The notes: a model not told the origin generated them from the sequence alone. A stretch of DNA of 64,000 nt from an uncultured virus (IMG/VR IMGVR_UViG_3300020599_000006) (IMGVR_UViG_3300020599_000006), one strand, 5' to 3'; counted from the stretch's first letter, positions 45,586-56,219 are shown. Made by a program: numbers and translations.

Positions 45586-46461
45586 TCAGAAGTCGTCCGG
45601 GTTGAACGGATCGTTGAAGTGGAAGTACAGGGTGCCAGCAGGGGTCGTAACACCCGACGCGAGGGTCAGGGCTACGACGTATTTGTACAGCGGGTTGGTT
45701 GGCATGGTCTCAGGGTCATTCAGACCGCTATAGACCACAGTGGCGCCGTTCAAGCACCAGGCAGTCTGACCAGGGGTGTTGTTCCACAGGGTGGCACCAG
45801 CCGAGACGTCCAGTGCTTTGAGTGCTGTCACCAGGACATCTGCTGTTTCGTTAGGCAGAGCCCCCTCTTCGATGGCAATCAGAGTATCGAAGTAGGCCGT
45901 AAAGTCATACCCGTAAGTATAGACTAGACCGTAGGTGTCAGCATCACTTGCAGTCGGATAGTTCAGACCCGGCAGGTCAGTCATAGTCACATTCTCATCG
46001 ATAAGAATGCCACCTTGACCTACTTCAACTTGCAGACTGCCTACCCAGCCCAGCGAATTAGGTTTGGCTGACAGCACCGCCTTGCGCTTGCTGTCAGTGT
46101 CGATGAATACGGGAGTGTCTTCCAGGTCATCGACACTGAAGCGAATGCCCGTGTACAGCTGGATGGTTTCCAGCAAGTCGTGCACCGTGGCAGGGTCATC
46201 TGCCAGTACCCGGAACCCAGGGATATGGGTCAGGCTACTGATGTCCAGACGGTCGTAGAGCACGACCTGACGACCCTGGTAGCCTCTGGCCTCCACACCC
46301 ACCAGGCGTACGGCGCTGTTATGGGCAGTGGCTTGTTCACGCCAAGTACCGTTCACTACTTGCGGGTTGGAGAAGGTAACGTCTCCCGCCTTGAAAGTGG
46401 TGCCGTTCAGGGCGTTCACGTAGGACAGGATGCTGTCCTGATCGGGAAGTTGGTACGACAT
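45586..46461 (-). CDS. virion structural protein (paralog family)
   Basis: YDRLDI, AKPNSLGWVG, LPGLNYP, YFHFN motifs. Confidence 0.75.
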   Translation of the reverse strand: MSYQLPDQDSILSYVNALNGTTFKAGDVTFSNPQVVNGTWREQATAHNSAVRLVGVEARGYQGRQVVLYDRLDISSLTHIPGFRVLADDPATVHDLLETIQLYTGIRFSVDDLEDTPVFIDTDSKRKAVLSAKPNSLGWVGSLQVEVGQGGILIDENVTMTDLPGLNYPTASDADTYGLVYTYGYDFTAYFDTLIAIEEGALPNETADVLVTALKALDVSAGATLWNNTPGQTAWCLNGATVVYSGLNDPETMPTNPLYKYVVALTLASGVTTPAGTLYFHFNDPFNPDDF

Positions 46462-46473
46462 GAGTCGGCCTCG

Positions 46474-47415
46474 TTAGGCGTTAAAGTGGATGAAGATCTT
46501 ACCGATCACGCCTTTGCTACCCTCAGCTGGTGGCTCGAGAACGAGCACGCGGTTGGCGTAACGTGCGTTGGCCTCTGGAACGCTGGCCAAACTACCCGGC
46601 AAAGCGTAGCAGGTGTGGGACCAGACATTGTAGAAGGTACCGTCCCACACCAACTCTGCCCCGAGGTCAGCATTCATTTCATCGATCAGCCATTTGTAGA
46701 ATGCTGTCAACGTCGTGTTAGAGGCAACTAACGTTTTGGCGAAAGCAGCCTTGTTCCAGTTAGTTGCCAGTTCAAAGACCTTGTCGGTATGATCGATCGC
46801 GTAGTGCCAGCTGTTAAGCACTGCCAGATGGGTCTCATCGAAGACGTTGCCACCCGGGAACGCACGACCACCCAGTTCAGTCTGAGTGATCATCAGGGAG
46901 ATGTCCTGTGGTGCTTGTACCCAGCGGAACGTGAAACTGCCAACGAACGCCAGAGAAGTGGCTTTAGCAGAGACGGTTACCGTGTTGTAGTAATAACCAT
47001 CGCTGTTCTGAGTGTTACCTCGAGTGATGTTGACATCGTTCAGATCGTCCTGAGTGAACGACATGCCGTACTTGGTATTCAGATCACCCAGCAGCTGGTA
47101 CAGCGTATAAGCAACGGTGTTCTGGTTACCGGCCGCAGCCGCAGCAGAGTACTTGTTGATCTGCACGATGACCGACCGGAAGAGGTTGGACAGATCGATA
47201 CGGCGGTAGGTGATTTCCTGTCTGCCCATGAACGGGGAGTTCGCTGGGGCATTGAGAATCATCTTGGTGTTCTGAATCTTACCGCCGGATGGCGTGATGG
47301 CCGTCGGCGTATTCAGGTTCATGGTCGAGGGACTGGCAGCCACCGGCAGATCCGGGTTGCTCTCATTGATCAGGTCATAGACCAGATCCTTCGACTGGTT
47401 GGCAAAGATAGGCAT
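46474..47415 (-). CDS. virion structural protein (paralog family)
   Basis: SKDLVYDLINESN, YRRIDL, VPEAN, FIHFN motifs. Confidence 0.75.
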   Translation of the reverse strand: MPIFANQSKDLVYDLINESNPDLPVAASPSTMNLNTPTAITPSGGKIQNTKMILNAPANSPFMGRQEITYRRIDLSNLFRSVIVQINKYSAAAAAGNQNTVAYTLYQLLGDLNTKYGMSFTQDDLNDVNITRGNTQNSDGYYYNTVTVSAKATSLAFVGSFTFRWVQAPQDISLMITQTELGGRAFPGGNVFDETHLAVLNSWHYAIDHTDKVFELATNWNKAAFAKTLVASNTTLTAFYKWLIDEMNADLGAELVWDGTFYNVWSHTCYALPGSLASVPEANARYANRVLVLEPPAEGSKGVIGKIFIHFNA

Positions 47416-47429
47416 GCTTCAGCCCTCAG

Positions 47430-48200
47430 TTAAAACGGATTGTAGTGGAAGTACAGCGGACCTTGCATGAGACCGCTGGTGACCGTGTTCTGAATGACCA
47501 CTCGCTGGAAGGCCTGGTTTGCCGCGGGTACTGCGCTGGTGGCCTGATCGGTAATCTTACCCTTGACCCACGAGGGGATGCCCAGCACGCTACACAGCGC
47601 CTGCACAGTGTCCCAGTCGGTGTAGTCACCATTCTTGGTGGGCTTAAGTGCCGTCTGGATGCCCGAAAAGTCGTATCCCCACGTGGCCATACGGCCGTAA
47701 GTCTTACTGGGTGACGGGTTAGGATGCTTTAGCCGGTCCAGTGCGGTCTTAGTGACCGAGGCATCAAGCCAGGCTTTACCGTATTCCAGGTAGCACTGCA
47801 CCGAACCAACCCATTGAATGGATTCTGGCTTTACATCGATCGTGATAATGACATTCTGCCCTTCTTCCAGGACAGGTATATCAAAATCCACGAAGTCGTC
47901 GGGGTTGATATCCAAATCGTAGCGGGCTGCCAGGTTATTGATGACGATGTCTTTGGTCATCTGCTGGTCGCTACGGAAGGTGAATTCCGTGAGGTAGTCC
48001 GACAGTTGCAGTCGGTTGTAGTAAACCTCTACGCCACCGTAATACCCTTTACCAGGAATACCATCGATCTCGAGCTTGGTGTTGCGCTCGTTCTCAGTGG
48101 TGACCTGAGCCTGACCGAACGTCAATCGTTTGTCCGTGAATTCCTTAGGGGGCAGGAATTGCTCGTTGAGGACCAGAACGAGCCGATCGCTGTTGGACAT
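47430..48200 (-). CDS. virion structural protein (paralog family)
   Basis: YNRLQL, VPAAN, YFHYN motifs. Confidence 0.75.
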   Translation of the reverse strand: MSNSDRLVLVLNEQFLPPKEFTDKRLTFGQAQVTTENERNTKLEIDGIPGKGYYGGVEVYYNRLQLSDYLTEFTFRSDQQMTKDIVINNLAARYDLDINPDDFVDFDIPVLEEGQNVIITIDVKPESIQWVGSVQCYLEYGKAWLDASVTKTALDRLKHPNPSPSKTYGRMATWGYDFSGIQTALKPTKNGDYTDWDTVQALCSVLGIPSWVKGKITDQATSAVPAANQAFQRVVIQNTVTSGLMQGPLYFHYNPF

Positions 48201-48211
48201 GACAGGCCTCC

Positions 48212-49054
48212 TTACAGGTCAGGGGTGTTGTAGTGCAGCACCAGTTCACCCGTGAGGCCCAGGCAATAAAGGTCATCCAGTTCCACCCGTACAAACTTGT
48301 CGTATTGGGTGTTGTACTGACCCGGGAAGTCCAGAGTGTTGCCGACTTCCTGAACCGCTGCACCTTGCAGACTGTAGCGACTGGAACCTGTCAGAACCCA
48401 GGGGTCGCTCGGATTACGCGCCTTGAGGGCATTAAGCACCTGCTGCATCTGGTCCTCTCCGACTTGCACCTGGATCAGGTCCTCGTAGGAGGCGCTGTAG
48501 TCCTGTGGGTACGAATAGAGGTACGCATAGGGGCGGGTGGTAACCGGCGAGGGATAATTAAGACCCGGCAGGGTAATGGTAGAGACATAATCCTGCAAAC
48601 GGTAGCCACCTTCACGCGTACCAATGGTGACTTGGCCGATCCAGCCTAGAGAAGTAGGCTTAGCTTCGAGGGTGATGCTACCGGGGTAGAGCTTTTCTTG
48701 TTCGGTCAGTGCCCTGCTGACGATGTCATCGCCGGTTAGGTTCAGACCAAAGAGCTTGTTCAGCACCGCCACCACGTCCAGAGTGGTGGTATGGCCGTGG
48801 ATCGGCACATTGGACAGATCGACCTGAGTGGACAGATCAGCCAGATCCAGTCGCCGGTACTGCACGTCCACAGCGCCAGCGTAAGCACTTTGGCTGTCTT
48901 TCGCCGAGACGTTGAGGGTGGTGTTAACGAACCCCGTGGCACCATCGATCGGAACAGGTGTGCCGAAGATGTATTGACTGGCCACAAGGTCGAGTTTGTT
49001 CAGTCGGTTGACAGATTCAACCACCTGCGCTAAGGGGTCGGTATAGATCGACAT
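48212..49054 (-). CDS. virion structural protein (paralog family)
   Basis: YRRLDL, AKPTSLGWIG, LPGLNYP, LHYN motifs. Confidence 0.75.
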   Translation of the reverse strand: MSIYTDPLAQVVESVNRLNKLDLVASQYIFGTPVPIDGATGFVNTTLNVSAKDSQSAYAGAVDVQYRRLDLADLSTQVDLSNVPIHGHTTTLDVVAVLNKLFGLNLTGDDIVSRALTEQEKLYPGSITLEAKPTSLGWIGQVTIGTREGGYRLQDYVSTITLPGLNYPSPVTTRPYAYLYSYPQDYSASYEDLIQVQVGEDQMQQVLNALKARNPSDPWVLTGSSRYSLQGAAVQEVGNTLDFPGQYNTQYDKFVRVELDDLYCLGLTGELVLHYNTPDL

Positions 49055-49058
49055 GTCG

Positions 49059-49883
49059 TTACCCTGTGACCACGTTATAATGGAAGTAGGCCGTGCCCTC
49101 GTACGAAAGACCCGTGGCACCCTCTAGCGATTGCACCAGTACGCGGTCATAGTCCTGGTTCGCTTCGGGTACTTCGGAGGTGGCGTAGTCGACCAGCGGC
49201 CATTTAGAGCCATATGGCCAACTCGCCCAGCCAAAGAGCTGGAGCATCGCGGCACGCTGTGCACTGGGGTTGGCGGGCAGATTGTAGCGATCGTGTCGCC
49301 GGATGGCCGGGTAGTAAGGCGTGAAGTCTGTCGAGAAGGTCTTCATGTTGACCTGCTCTTTACCGGTATTGGAGTCACCGGGGAACCGCAGCACGTCCAG
49401 CACAGTGGTGGACATTACATCCCCAAGCAGGTACCGACGCCGTGTGAAAAGGATGACCCCTTCACCGACATAGGACAGCGACCCTGGGTCTGCTTTAAGT
49501 TGCAGGTTGATCTGCTCATCCGGGTCGATGTAGGAATAGTCGGTCTCGATGATGTCCTCAGGGTATAGCTCTATCCCAAGTTTCTCCGAGAGCAGCGGCA
49601 ACAGTGCATGCAGACTGCCGCTGCTGGCACCTTCTATGCGGGGGCGGATGTCGCCGAAAGCCGACGTCAGATCCATGCGTTGGTATTTGACTGGCAACGC
49701 CCCTTCGAACGGGGAGTTTGGCAAGCCAATGACCATGACCTCAACCATCGTCGGGTTAGGACCTGATACGGCTTTAGGCGGGGAAATGAACACGTCGTCC
49801 GACGTCAATGGGCGTGGGAACTCGACAGCATCGTTGAGTAGACCAACGATCACGTCTTTGCCGCGGCCAGGAACAAGGAGCAT
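49059..49883 (-). CDS. virion structural protein (paralog family)
   Basis: YQRMDL, VPEAN, YFHYN motifs; AGGAGG RBS. Confidence 0.75.
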   Translation of the reverse strand: MLLVPGRGKDVIVGLLNDAVEFPRPLTSDDVFISPPKAVSGPNPTMVEVMVIGLPNSPFEGALPVKYQRMDLTSAFGDIRPRIEGASSGSLHALLPLLSEKLGIELYPEDIIETDYSYIDPDEQINLQLKADPGSLSYVGEGVILFTRRRYLLGDVMSTTVLDVLRFPGDSNTGKEQVNMKTFSTDFTPYYPAIRRHDRYNLPANPSAQRAAMLQLFGWASWPYGSKWPLVDYATSEVPEANQDYDRVLVQSLEGATGLSYEGTAYFHYNVVTG

Positions 49884-49955
49884 CGCGCTTCCTCCTAAAC
49901 CGAATAAACGGAGGTGGGGAAGACCCCACCTCCGTCGCGGTTAATGGTGAGTGGG

Positions 49956-50486
49956 TCAGGCCGGCAGTTCGAGACCGTTGAGGACCAGGTTGGTGATAAC
50001 GCTGGACAGCTCGATGTCTTCGGCGTGCAGGGTCAGTTGCAGCGAACCCAGGAAGCACAGGGAATCGGCTGCGATGGGGATGGTGATCACCTTGCTCTCG
50101 TTGGGGGTGCCTTCCCACTCGCCGATGGGACCGTCGACGTAGTCGGCCGCGGTCAGATTGATGCCCAGGGCCGTGTTGATCTCAGGGATCAGGTCCGAGA
50201 AGTTCTCGGCATCGCCGACCGGCAGGTTCAGACCGTCCGGGAAGGTACCCGGCTTGACGAAGTCCTGGATTTGCAGACGGTTGTACTGGACGACCACCGA
50301 GCCCTTGTAACCGGAACCGGCTTTGGCGGAGACTTCCAGCTCGGTGTTACGCGCCGGAGAGCCGCCCGTGGCGGCAGTGGGTAGGCCTAGCTGAAGCAGG
50401 GCGGTGGTCAGGGCGGTGCCGTTGTCGGCGTTGATCAGATCGATGACGATCTGATCGGGGGCTTTCGTGAAATCGGAGGCTGCCAT
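49956..50486 (-). CDS. virion structural protein (paralog family)
   Basis: DLINADN, RNT.L, YNRLQI motifs. Confidence 0.75.
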   Translation of the reverse strand: MAASDFTKAPDQIVIDLINADNGTALTTALLQLGLPTAATGGSPARNTELEVSAKAGSGYKGSVVVQYNRLQIQDFVKPGTFPDGLNLPVGDAENFSDLIPEINTALGINLTAADYVDGPIGEWEGTPNESKVITIPIAADSLCFLGSLQLTLHAEDIELSSVITNLVLNGLELPA

Positions 50487-50615
50487 TTTGATACTCTCAT
50501 GAGAGGGAAGGGAAGGGTGTAAACCCAATGCACGTTGGCCTATGCATACGATAAGTTAAAAAATACAGACAGTAAGTAAGTACAGAACTGCCCGATAATC
50601 TGAGTACTAAAAAGC

Positions 50616-50639
50616 TTCAATCGTACATTATCTACTGGG
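50616..50639 (+). promoter_or_regulatory. putative phage promoter upstream of the ligase
   Basis: TTC AATCGT ACATTAT CTACT GGG. Confidence 0.5.
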
Positions 50640-50662
50640 TAATGTACTTAGAGTAGATCACC

Positions 50663-52642
50663 ATGACGCCCAAGAATACAATCGATTTATTAACGATGGA
50701 GTTGCTCCGCCACTGTGAGGCGTATTACGTCAAGGATGCACCGATTATCTCGGATGCCGAATATGATCGCCTGTATCGTGAACTCATGGTGCTAGAAACC
50801 AAGTACCCCGAATTCGCACGGGAAGATTCCCCGACCAAACGGGTCGGTTATCTGAATGCTGAGAAGGAAGGGATTGCGTTTGACAAGCCCATGCTCTCCC
50901 TCAGCAACCTCTTCAGTTACGAAGAGATCGCCGAGAAGCTCGATGAGTGGGCTATCAAACTGGAGACTGATGTCGCGGTTTATTACGCCGAGCCTAAACT
51001 GGATGGGTTGGCTTGCCGGATCGTTTACAAGAAAGGCTTCTACAACCAGGCCACCACGCGTGGCAATGGTAAGATCGGTGAGGACATCACGGTCAATGTA
51101 GCCCAGATCAGCAATGTCCCCATGGAGCTTACGGGCGACTTCCCCGACCAGTTGGAAGTCCGCGGTGAGATCGTGGCCAGTGTAGACACCTACGAAGTCA
51201 TCAATCATGAACTTATCGCGCAAGGTAAGAAACCTTACGTCTCACCACGTAACTACGCCGCAGGTGTGGTGCGGCAGAAAGACCATAAACAAATCCGTGC
51301 TATGGGCCTTTATTTCATCTGCCACGGCGTGGTAGAGGGCGAGAAAATCGCTCCTACTCGTAATGAGGTGCTTAAGAAAGCAACATCATGGGGAATACAA
51401 TGTAATCAGACCCATCTCTGTTACGACTACTCTTCTTTGATTAGCGTGATCGACCAGATCGGTCGATTAAGGGGACTCGGAGACATCGAATGGGATGGCG
51501 TGGTAATAGGACTGGAAAGCTATTATCATCAGAGAATGTTGGGTGAAGCCGTTAAGACCCCTCATTACGCCACTGCCTACAAATTCCCAGCTGAAGAGAA
51601 GGAGACTCTTCTCAAGGACATTCGTTGGCAAGTAGGTCGCACGGGCGCACTGACTCCTGTGGGGTTACTGGAACCGGTGACGCTGGCAAATGCGTTGATC
51701 AGTACGGCTAACCTTAAGAACTACGAAGAAATTCAACGCCTCGGTGCAGGTCCTGGTGCTACCGTACGTCTTGTTCGATCAGGTGAAGTCATTCCAGATA
51801 TAAAGTCCGTGGTCAAGGAAGGCATGGGTATCTTTCCAATGCCGACAACCTGTCCTGCATGCACCTCGGTGCTATTTCGCAGGGGACCTGAGTTGTACTG
51901 CACGAATGATGATTGCATAGGGCGTAAAGTGGCAGGGTTGTTGTATTTCGCCAGTCGTGGCTGTGCGTACATTAAAGGTCTGGGTGAGGTGCGCATCATG
52001 GCCCTGATCGAGGTGTACGACATCAAACGACCTTCTGACATCTACCGACTGACACTGGATCAGCTGATCGATCTTTTCGGCACAGGTGATGGCAGTAACA
52101 TCTATGCGGAGATTCAACTGAGCAAAGGCATGTCGTTGGAGAAATTCCTGATCTGTCTGGGAATTCCTGATCTGGGTCCGACGCGGGCAGAGACAGTGGC
52201 GCGTTTTTACAAGACGCTTAAATGTTTTCTCGACGATGATAAACTACGTGATACTCTGACGCTGCTCTCAGGGGTGGGAGAAGGCGTGGCTAACTCAGTC
52301 GCCAGTTGGCTTGAAGACATTCGCAATCGCGACGAAATTGACCGATTGCTGAAACTAGGCGTTACAACCGGTGAGGCCAATGCCGTTGAAGGCGGTAAAT
52401 TAGAAGGAACTTTATGGGTGGTAACCGGTTCGATTCCTGGCTACACCAAGGACTTCGTCAAGCAGTTCGTGCAACAACATGGTGGTCGTTACTCGACCAA
52501 TCTGAGCAAGGAAACCACTCACCTAATCGTGGGTGAGAACGCTGGCTCTAAGGTCGAGAAGGCTAAAAAATACAACACTGCGCTGGTAACTCCCGAAGAG
52601 TTTGCCAAGCACGTAGAGGAGCTGAGCAATGTCACTGGCTGA
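50663..52642 (+). CDS. ligA: NAD-dependent DNA ligase
   Basis: YYV.DAP.ISDAEYD, MLSL, EPKLDG, TRGNG..GED, EVRGE, AYKF, CPAC zinc finger, HhH and BRCT regions. Confidence 0.97.
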   Translation: MTPKNTIDLLTMELLRHCEAYYVKDAPIISDAEYDRLYRELMVLETKYPEFAREDSPTKRVGYLNAEKEGIAFDKPMLSLSNLFSYEEIAEKLDEWAIKLETDVAVYYAEPKLDGLACRIVYKKGFYNQATTRGNGKIGEDITVNVAQISNVPMELTGDFPDQLEVRGEIVASVDTYEVINHELIAQGKKPYVSPRNYAAGVVRQKDHKQIRAMGLYFICHGVVEGEKIAPTRNEVLKKATSWGIQCNQTHLCYDYSSLISVIDQIGRLRGLGDIEWDGVVIGLESYYHQRMLGEAVKTPHYATAYKFPAEEKETLLKDIRWQVGRTGALTPVGLLEPVTLANALISTANLKNYEEIQRLGAGPGATVRLVRSGEVIPDIKSVVKEGMGIFPMPTTCPACTSVLFRRGPELYCTNDDCIGRKVAGLLYFASRGCAYIKGLGEVRIMALIEVYDIKRPSDIYRLTLDQLIDLFGTGDGSNIYAEIQLSKGMSLEKFLICLGIPDLGPTRAETVARFYKTLKCFLDDDKLRDTLTLLSGVGEGVANSVASWLEDIRNRDEIDRLLKLGVTTGEANAVEGGKLEGTLWVVTGSIPGYTKDFVKQFVQQHGGRYSTNLSKETTHLIVGENAGSKVEKAKKYNTALVTPEEFAKHVEELSNVTG

Positions 52643-53105
52643 TAATTACAGGGTAAACGTTTATCCGGTAGGTCGCGGTAGCTGGATGTGCGACATCCTG
52701 GAGAACTACATCGTCGGACTCGGCATCACTCGCTGGAAGCCTATTAGCGAAGACCTGTTCAAGGTGGTACAGAAGAAAGCCTTCGAACAAGGTTCCAATG
52801 CCGATGTGTTTACATTCTTCAATCCAAGGACGCGGTATCCGGTCACGGCGTCCTTTACCCCGAACAACGTCGTGCTGCTCGACGCCATCCCGGCGTTGAC
52901 AAGTCTTCTGCGCTACCTTAAGGGAGTGGAGGGTGCCACACAACCTAACCCTGGCGTTGACGACTTGCAAATCGTCTTTATCGAAGAGTTGGAAGACGGT
53001 ACGCGTTTGACGCGTAAGATCACCAAGGAAGACACTCGTTTCTACAAGCTACAGGACATCATCGATCAGCTGCAAGCCGTCTATGACCAGCTAGTGACCC
53101 CTTAA
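52629..53105 (+). CDS. hypothetical protein
   Basis: GAGGAG RBS; overlaps ligase end. Confidence 0.65.
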   Translation: MSLADNYRVNVYPVGRGSWMCDILENYIVGLGITRWKPISEDLFKVVQKKAFEQGSNADVFTFFNPRTRYPVTASFTPNNVVLLDAIPALTSLLRYLKGVEGATQPNPGVDDLQIVFIEELEDGTRLTRKITKEDTRFYKLQDIIDQLQAVYDQLVTP

Positions 53106-53122
53106 CGCCATTGGGAGAGTCG

Positions 53123-53482
53123 ATGATCGCCTACACCATCCAGCTCTCCCAATGGCGGAGGGCTAAAGCGCAAGGCATCTTGGTGTTGGACACCACCGTG
53201 CGAACAGGGGATAAGGTCTTTGCGCCCTCCTGGGACATCGTTACCCAGATTAAGGCAAATGTGATCACTCCTGAGCAGTATACGGTGGTCTATAAGCGGA
53301 TGATGGTGGAAAGCTTGCGTAACCATACGGCGCGCTGGTCCGAAGTCATCCGTGGAGAACCAGTGGCAATCGCTTGCTACTGTTCAAAGGACAAGTTCTG
53401 TCACCGACACTTGCTGTGCGGTTACTTTCGAGAACTGTGCTTAGCACGAAACATTCCATTTGAATACAGAGGGGAGCTCTGA
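53123..53482 (+). CDS. DUF488-like phage protein
   Basis: FAPSW and ACYC....FCHRHLL motifs. Confidence 0.65.
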   Translation: MIAYTIQLSQWRRAKAQGILVLDTTVRTGDKVFAPSWDIVTQIKANVITPEQYTVVYKRMMVESLRNHTARWSEVIRGEPVAIACYCSKDKFCHRHLLCGYFRELCLARNIPFEYRGEL

Positions 53483-54192
53483 TGGGTGAGGTAGTAGAAC
53501 TCGACGTTTTCCGGGAGAAGAAGAAAGCCGAACAGGACGAAAAGTTCTTGAACAGCCGCATGCCGGACTTTCTCCGCGAATCTGTAGACAATATCCGTCA
53601 AATCGCGGCCACTGCTCCAACGGGGAGTGCGGCGTGCTTTCTTTCCGAAGCATTGGCTGGTGCGTGGGAAGATTGGTACCGTGTACTGCCAGATGTCCAG
53701 GATGACCTGTTCCGTGAACATACCCAGCTACTCTTCCAGCCGCTGGTGAATAACGATGCTGAAGTGACGGTTCGGTATGTGTTTGCCTATGGTGACTCGG
53801 ACGATCCTGATGAGGCCGAGAGCGGGTCTACCTACGAAGCCTGCAAGATCGCTGTAACGCTGGAAAAGAAGAGCGAAGCTTCGGACGAGTTCCGTAACGA
53901 GTACCAACCCACTGTCAACCAGATGAGCCAGATAGCACAGCGGGTGGACGAGTTACTCGAGGGCGAACATGCAGGCGCCGGCGGTCTGACCTTTCCCATC
54001 TTCAGCATCATCGATCGGTTCGAACGTAAAGGCCTTCAGTACACTGTTCAGCGTACTTGGAAGAAGGACCGAGTGTTTGCCATCCTTCGACACGAAGTGG
54101 ATAATGACCACGTCATGACCATGACGATCGACATCTTTGCTTCGGCCCTCAAGAACGCTTACTCCACCCTCCGGGAGCTGCACGGAATATGA
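53482..54192 (+). CDS. hypothetical protein
   Basis: TGATG coupling; 236 aa. Confidence 0.7.
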   Translation: MGEVVELDVFREKKKAEQDEKFLNSRMPDFLRESVDNIRQIAATAPTGSAACFLSEALAGAWEDWYRVLPDVQDDLFREHTQLLFQPLVNNDAEVTVRYVFAYGDSDDPDEAESGSTYEACKIAVTLEKKSEASDEFRNEYQPTVNQMSQIAQRVDELLEGEHAGAGGLTFPIFSIIDRFERKGLQYTVQRTWKKDRVFAILRHEVDNDHVMTMTIDIFASALKNAYSTLRELHGI

Positions 54193-54566
54193 ACCTTCAG
54201 ACTTACCTCCTCGTCAAGACCATCGAGGAGGCTAACGAGCTGAGTCATGCTGGCTGTAAGGCGGTTCTGAACGGCTTGTCTGACATCAACCCGAAAGAGC
54301 AGTGTACCTCGCTTCAGCACTTCATCAATGAGTTCAATGACATGTTCGCCATGGCGCAAATGCTGCAAGATCATGGTATCGAACTGCCAGGTCTGAAAGA
54401 CCCCATGGCCATCATGAAAAAGAAACTCAAGGTTTACCGCTACATGCGTGCTCCCATCAATAATGGCATCCTCCAGCTTACCCCGAAAGAACTCGATAAG
54501 CGCACGTTCGATATGATGACCCTGTCGCAGATTATCGAGGGAAGCCATGATGCTGAACAGCCCTAA
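54189..54566 (+). CDS. MazG-like NTP pyrophosphohydrolase fold protein
   Basis: EEANEL...K and E.ND motifs. Confidence 0.5.
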   Translation: MNLQTYLLVKTIEEANELSHAGCKAVLNGLSDINPKEQCTSLQHFINEFNDMFAMAQMLQDHGIELPGLKDPMAIMKKKLKVYRYMRAPINNGILQLTPKELDKRTFDMMTLSQIIEGSHDAEQP

Positions 54567-54936
54567 ACCCCACCGGGTGCTGCCCGCTTACATCGAGCCC
54601 ATCAAGGGTCTACGGTTCATTTTCGACTCTCCCATCTATCGGGTGGTCAAGGGTACTGAGGACGGTGCGTTCTTGATCAAGACACGTTACCCGTCCTCCG
54701 AGGCTGAAGAAATCTGGAGTTCAGCTGCCAAAGTGGTACGCTTTCGTCTCATCAACACGCTCTGTCAGAATGAAGAACTGAAGATTTTCGACTCCGTGAA
54801 CTTCAACTACTACTTAAAGCACCACATCGAGAAGGTCAGTGGTGACATGGCTCATGTCTTTGTGATCGAGTGGAAAGGTGACTATCCCTTCGAGGATATC
54901 GAATTTACTGCGAGCGATCCCTGGCCTGTCAAATAA
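54547..54936 (+). CDS. hypothetical protein
   Basis: 129-aa ORF. Confidence 0.6.
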   Translation: MMLNSPKPHRVLPAYIEPIKGLRFIFDSPIYRVVKGTEDGAFLIKTRYPSSEAEEIWSSAAKVVRFRLINTLCQNEELKIFDSVNFNYYLKHHIEKVSGDMAHVFVIEWKGDYPFEDIEFTASDPWPVK

Positions 54937-54985
54937 CCCTTTAGGGACGTCCACCCGGTATTTTTCTAACGAAGAGGGTAAGTGT

Positions 54986-55189
54986 ATGGAACTTGGCATC
55001 GAAAGGAGCGATGTGGTTGATTCCTTGGGTTTTTACCGCAACGCCCAGACTCTCAGAAAAGTACACTCGGTAAAACGGGTGACGTCAATAATGGCAGAGT
55101 TTTACAACCCTCTGCTGCAAGAGCGCGGTTTGGAGCCTGTTACTGAACAGGATGTCCGGCACGTTCTGAACGAAACTGCAAACACCTAA
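54986..55189 (+). CDS. hypothetical protein
   Basis: GAGGG RBS before MELGIE. Confidence 0.5.
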   Translation: MELGIERSDVVDSLGFYRNAQTLRKVHSVKRVTSIMAEFYNPLLQERGLEPVTEQDVRHVLNETANT

Positions 55190-55334
55190 AGGGACTTGGG
55201 GAGGTTTTGAACCTCCCCGTCTATGCCCTTTCACCGCTGGGGCGAAAAGAGCTGACTCCACAGATTTTCAGTCATACATGGTTATTCGTGAGACGCCTGG
55301 ATTAACAGGATAAAAACCACACGGAGACGCCATT

Positions 55335-55535
55335 ATGAAACTGATTCATCTGCGCATTAACAACAACTTCAAAGAGTTGCTTGCCGCAGGTCTGGAACGG
55401 TCGGTGGCAGTGGCCATCGCTGTCCGGATGAGAATGCGGGTGATCCTGAACGTTGCTGTTGCTGACACCGGAGTGACCGTTTCGTACTACGAAGACCGTG
55501 CTGAAAAGCGGACGGTTTTCAAGTTCGAAGCCTAA
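55335..55535 (+). CDS. hypothetical protein
   Basis: GGAG RBS; promoter-like motif upstream. Confidence 0.55.
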   Translation: MKLIHLRINNNFKELLAAGLERSVAVAIAVRMRMRVILNVAVADTGVTVSYYEDRAEKRTVFKFEA

Positions 55536-55827
55536 GCTTATTCAACCTGACTTACCACTCTCATAAAGCCGTTGAGGTATAAGTTGGCTAACCCTAACCC
55601 TTAGTTAGCCTCACCGATGATCACATATCGGATGGGGCACTGTAATCCTGGAGACCATCGCATGGCGACCAGATGTTCCCCTAAGATAGCGCTTTGGAAG
55701 AAGCGTGTAAAAGAAGAGCTGGCAAAGACTCAGCCGGATCAAGACACGATCATCGGACTCCTTGAAGAGGCCCTGCGGCTTCGACATGAGAGATGTAAGT
55801 CTGGAAAGTTCTGACGGAGACTAAATC

Positions 55828-56139
55828 ATGCAAGACCTGATCGACGCCCTCCGGCAACTCGACTACTCGTCGATTCCGGACAACTACAACGCCAACCTGA
55901 ACGATCCCCACAGTGCGATCGACCACGTGGACGGTGGACGTATCCTGCTCGACCGTATTGACGAGCTGGCTAGCGAACACCTGGTCTACAATGAAGGTCG
56001 CCTGCAAGGTCGTCCTGACCAGTACAACCAAGAGGTCCTCAGAGATGAAGGCTTCACGGTGACTGAACTGGGTGACAACCGAGGTGGGATGTTCCGTGGA
56101 GTCATCCACACCAGGAAAGGTAAGATTGTCTTCGGATGA
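55828..56139 (+). CDS. hypothetical protein
   Basis: GGAG RBS; followed by hairpin and T tract. Confidence 0.65.
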   Translation: MQDLIDALRQLDYSSIPDNYNANLNDPHSAIDHVDGGRILLDRIDELASEHLVYNEGRLQGRPDQYNQEVLRDEGFTVTELGDNRGGMFRGVIHTRKGKIVFG

Positions 56140-56219
56140 TCGTGACTGCCCTCCCCGCTCTTGGGGAGGGCAAGATACCTTTTCTTTTTTTGGGTGAATA
56201 AAGATGATGAACACAGAGA

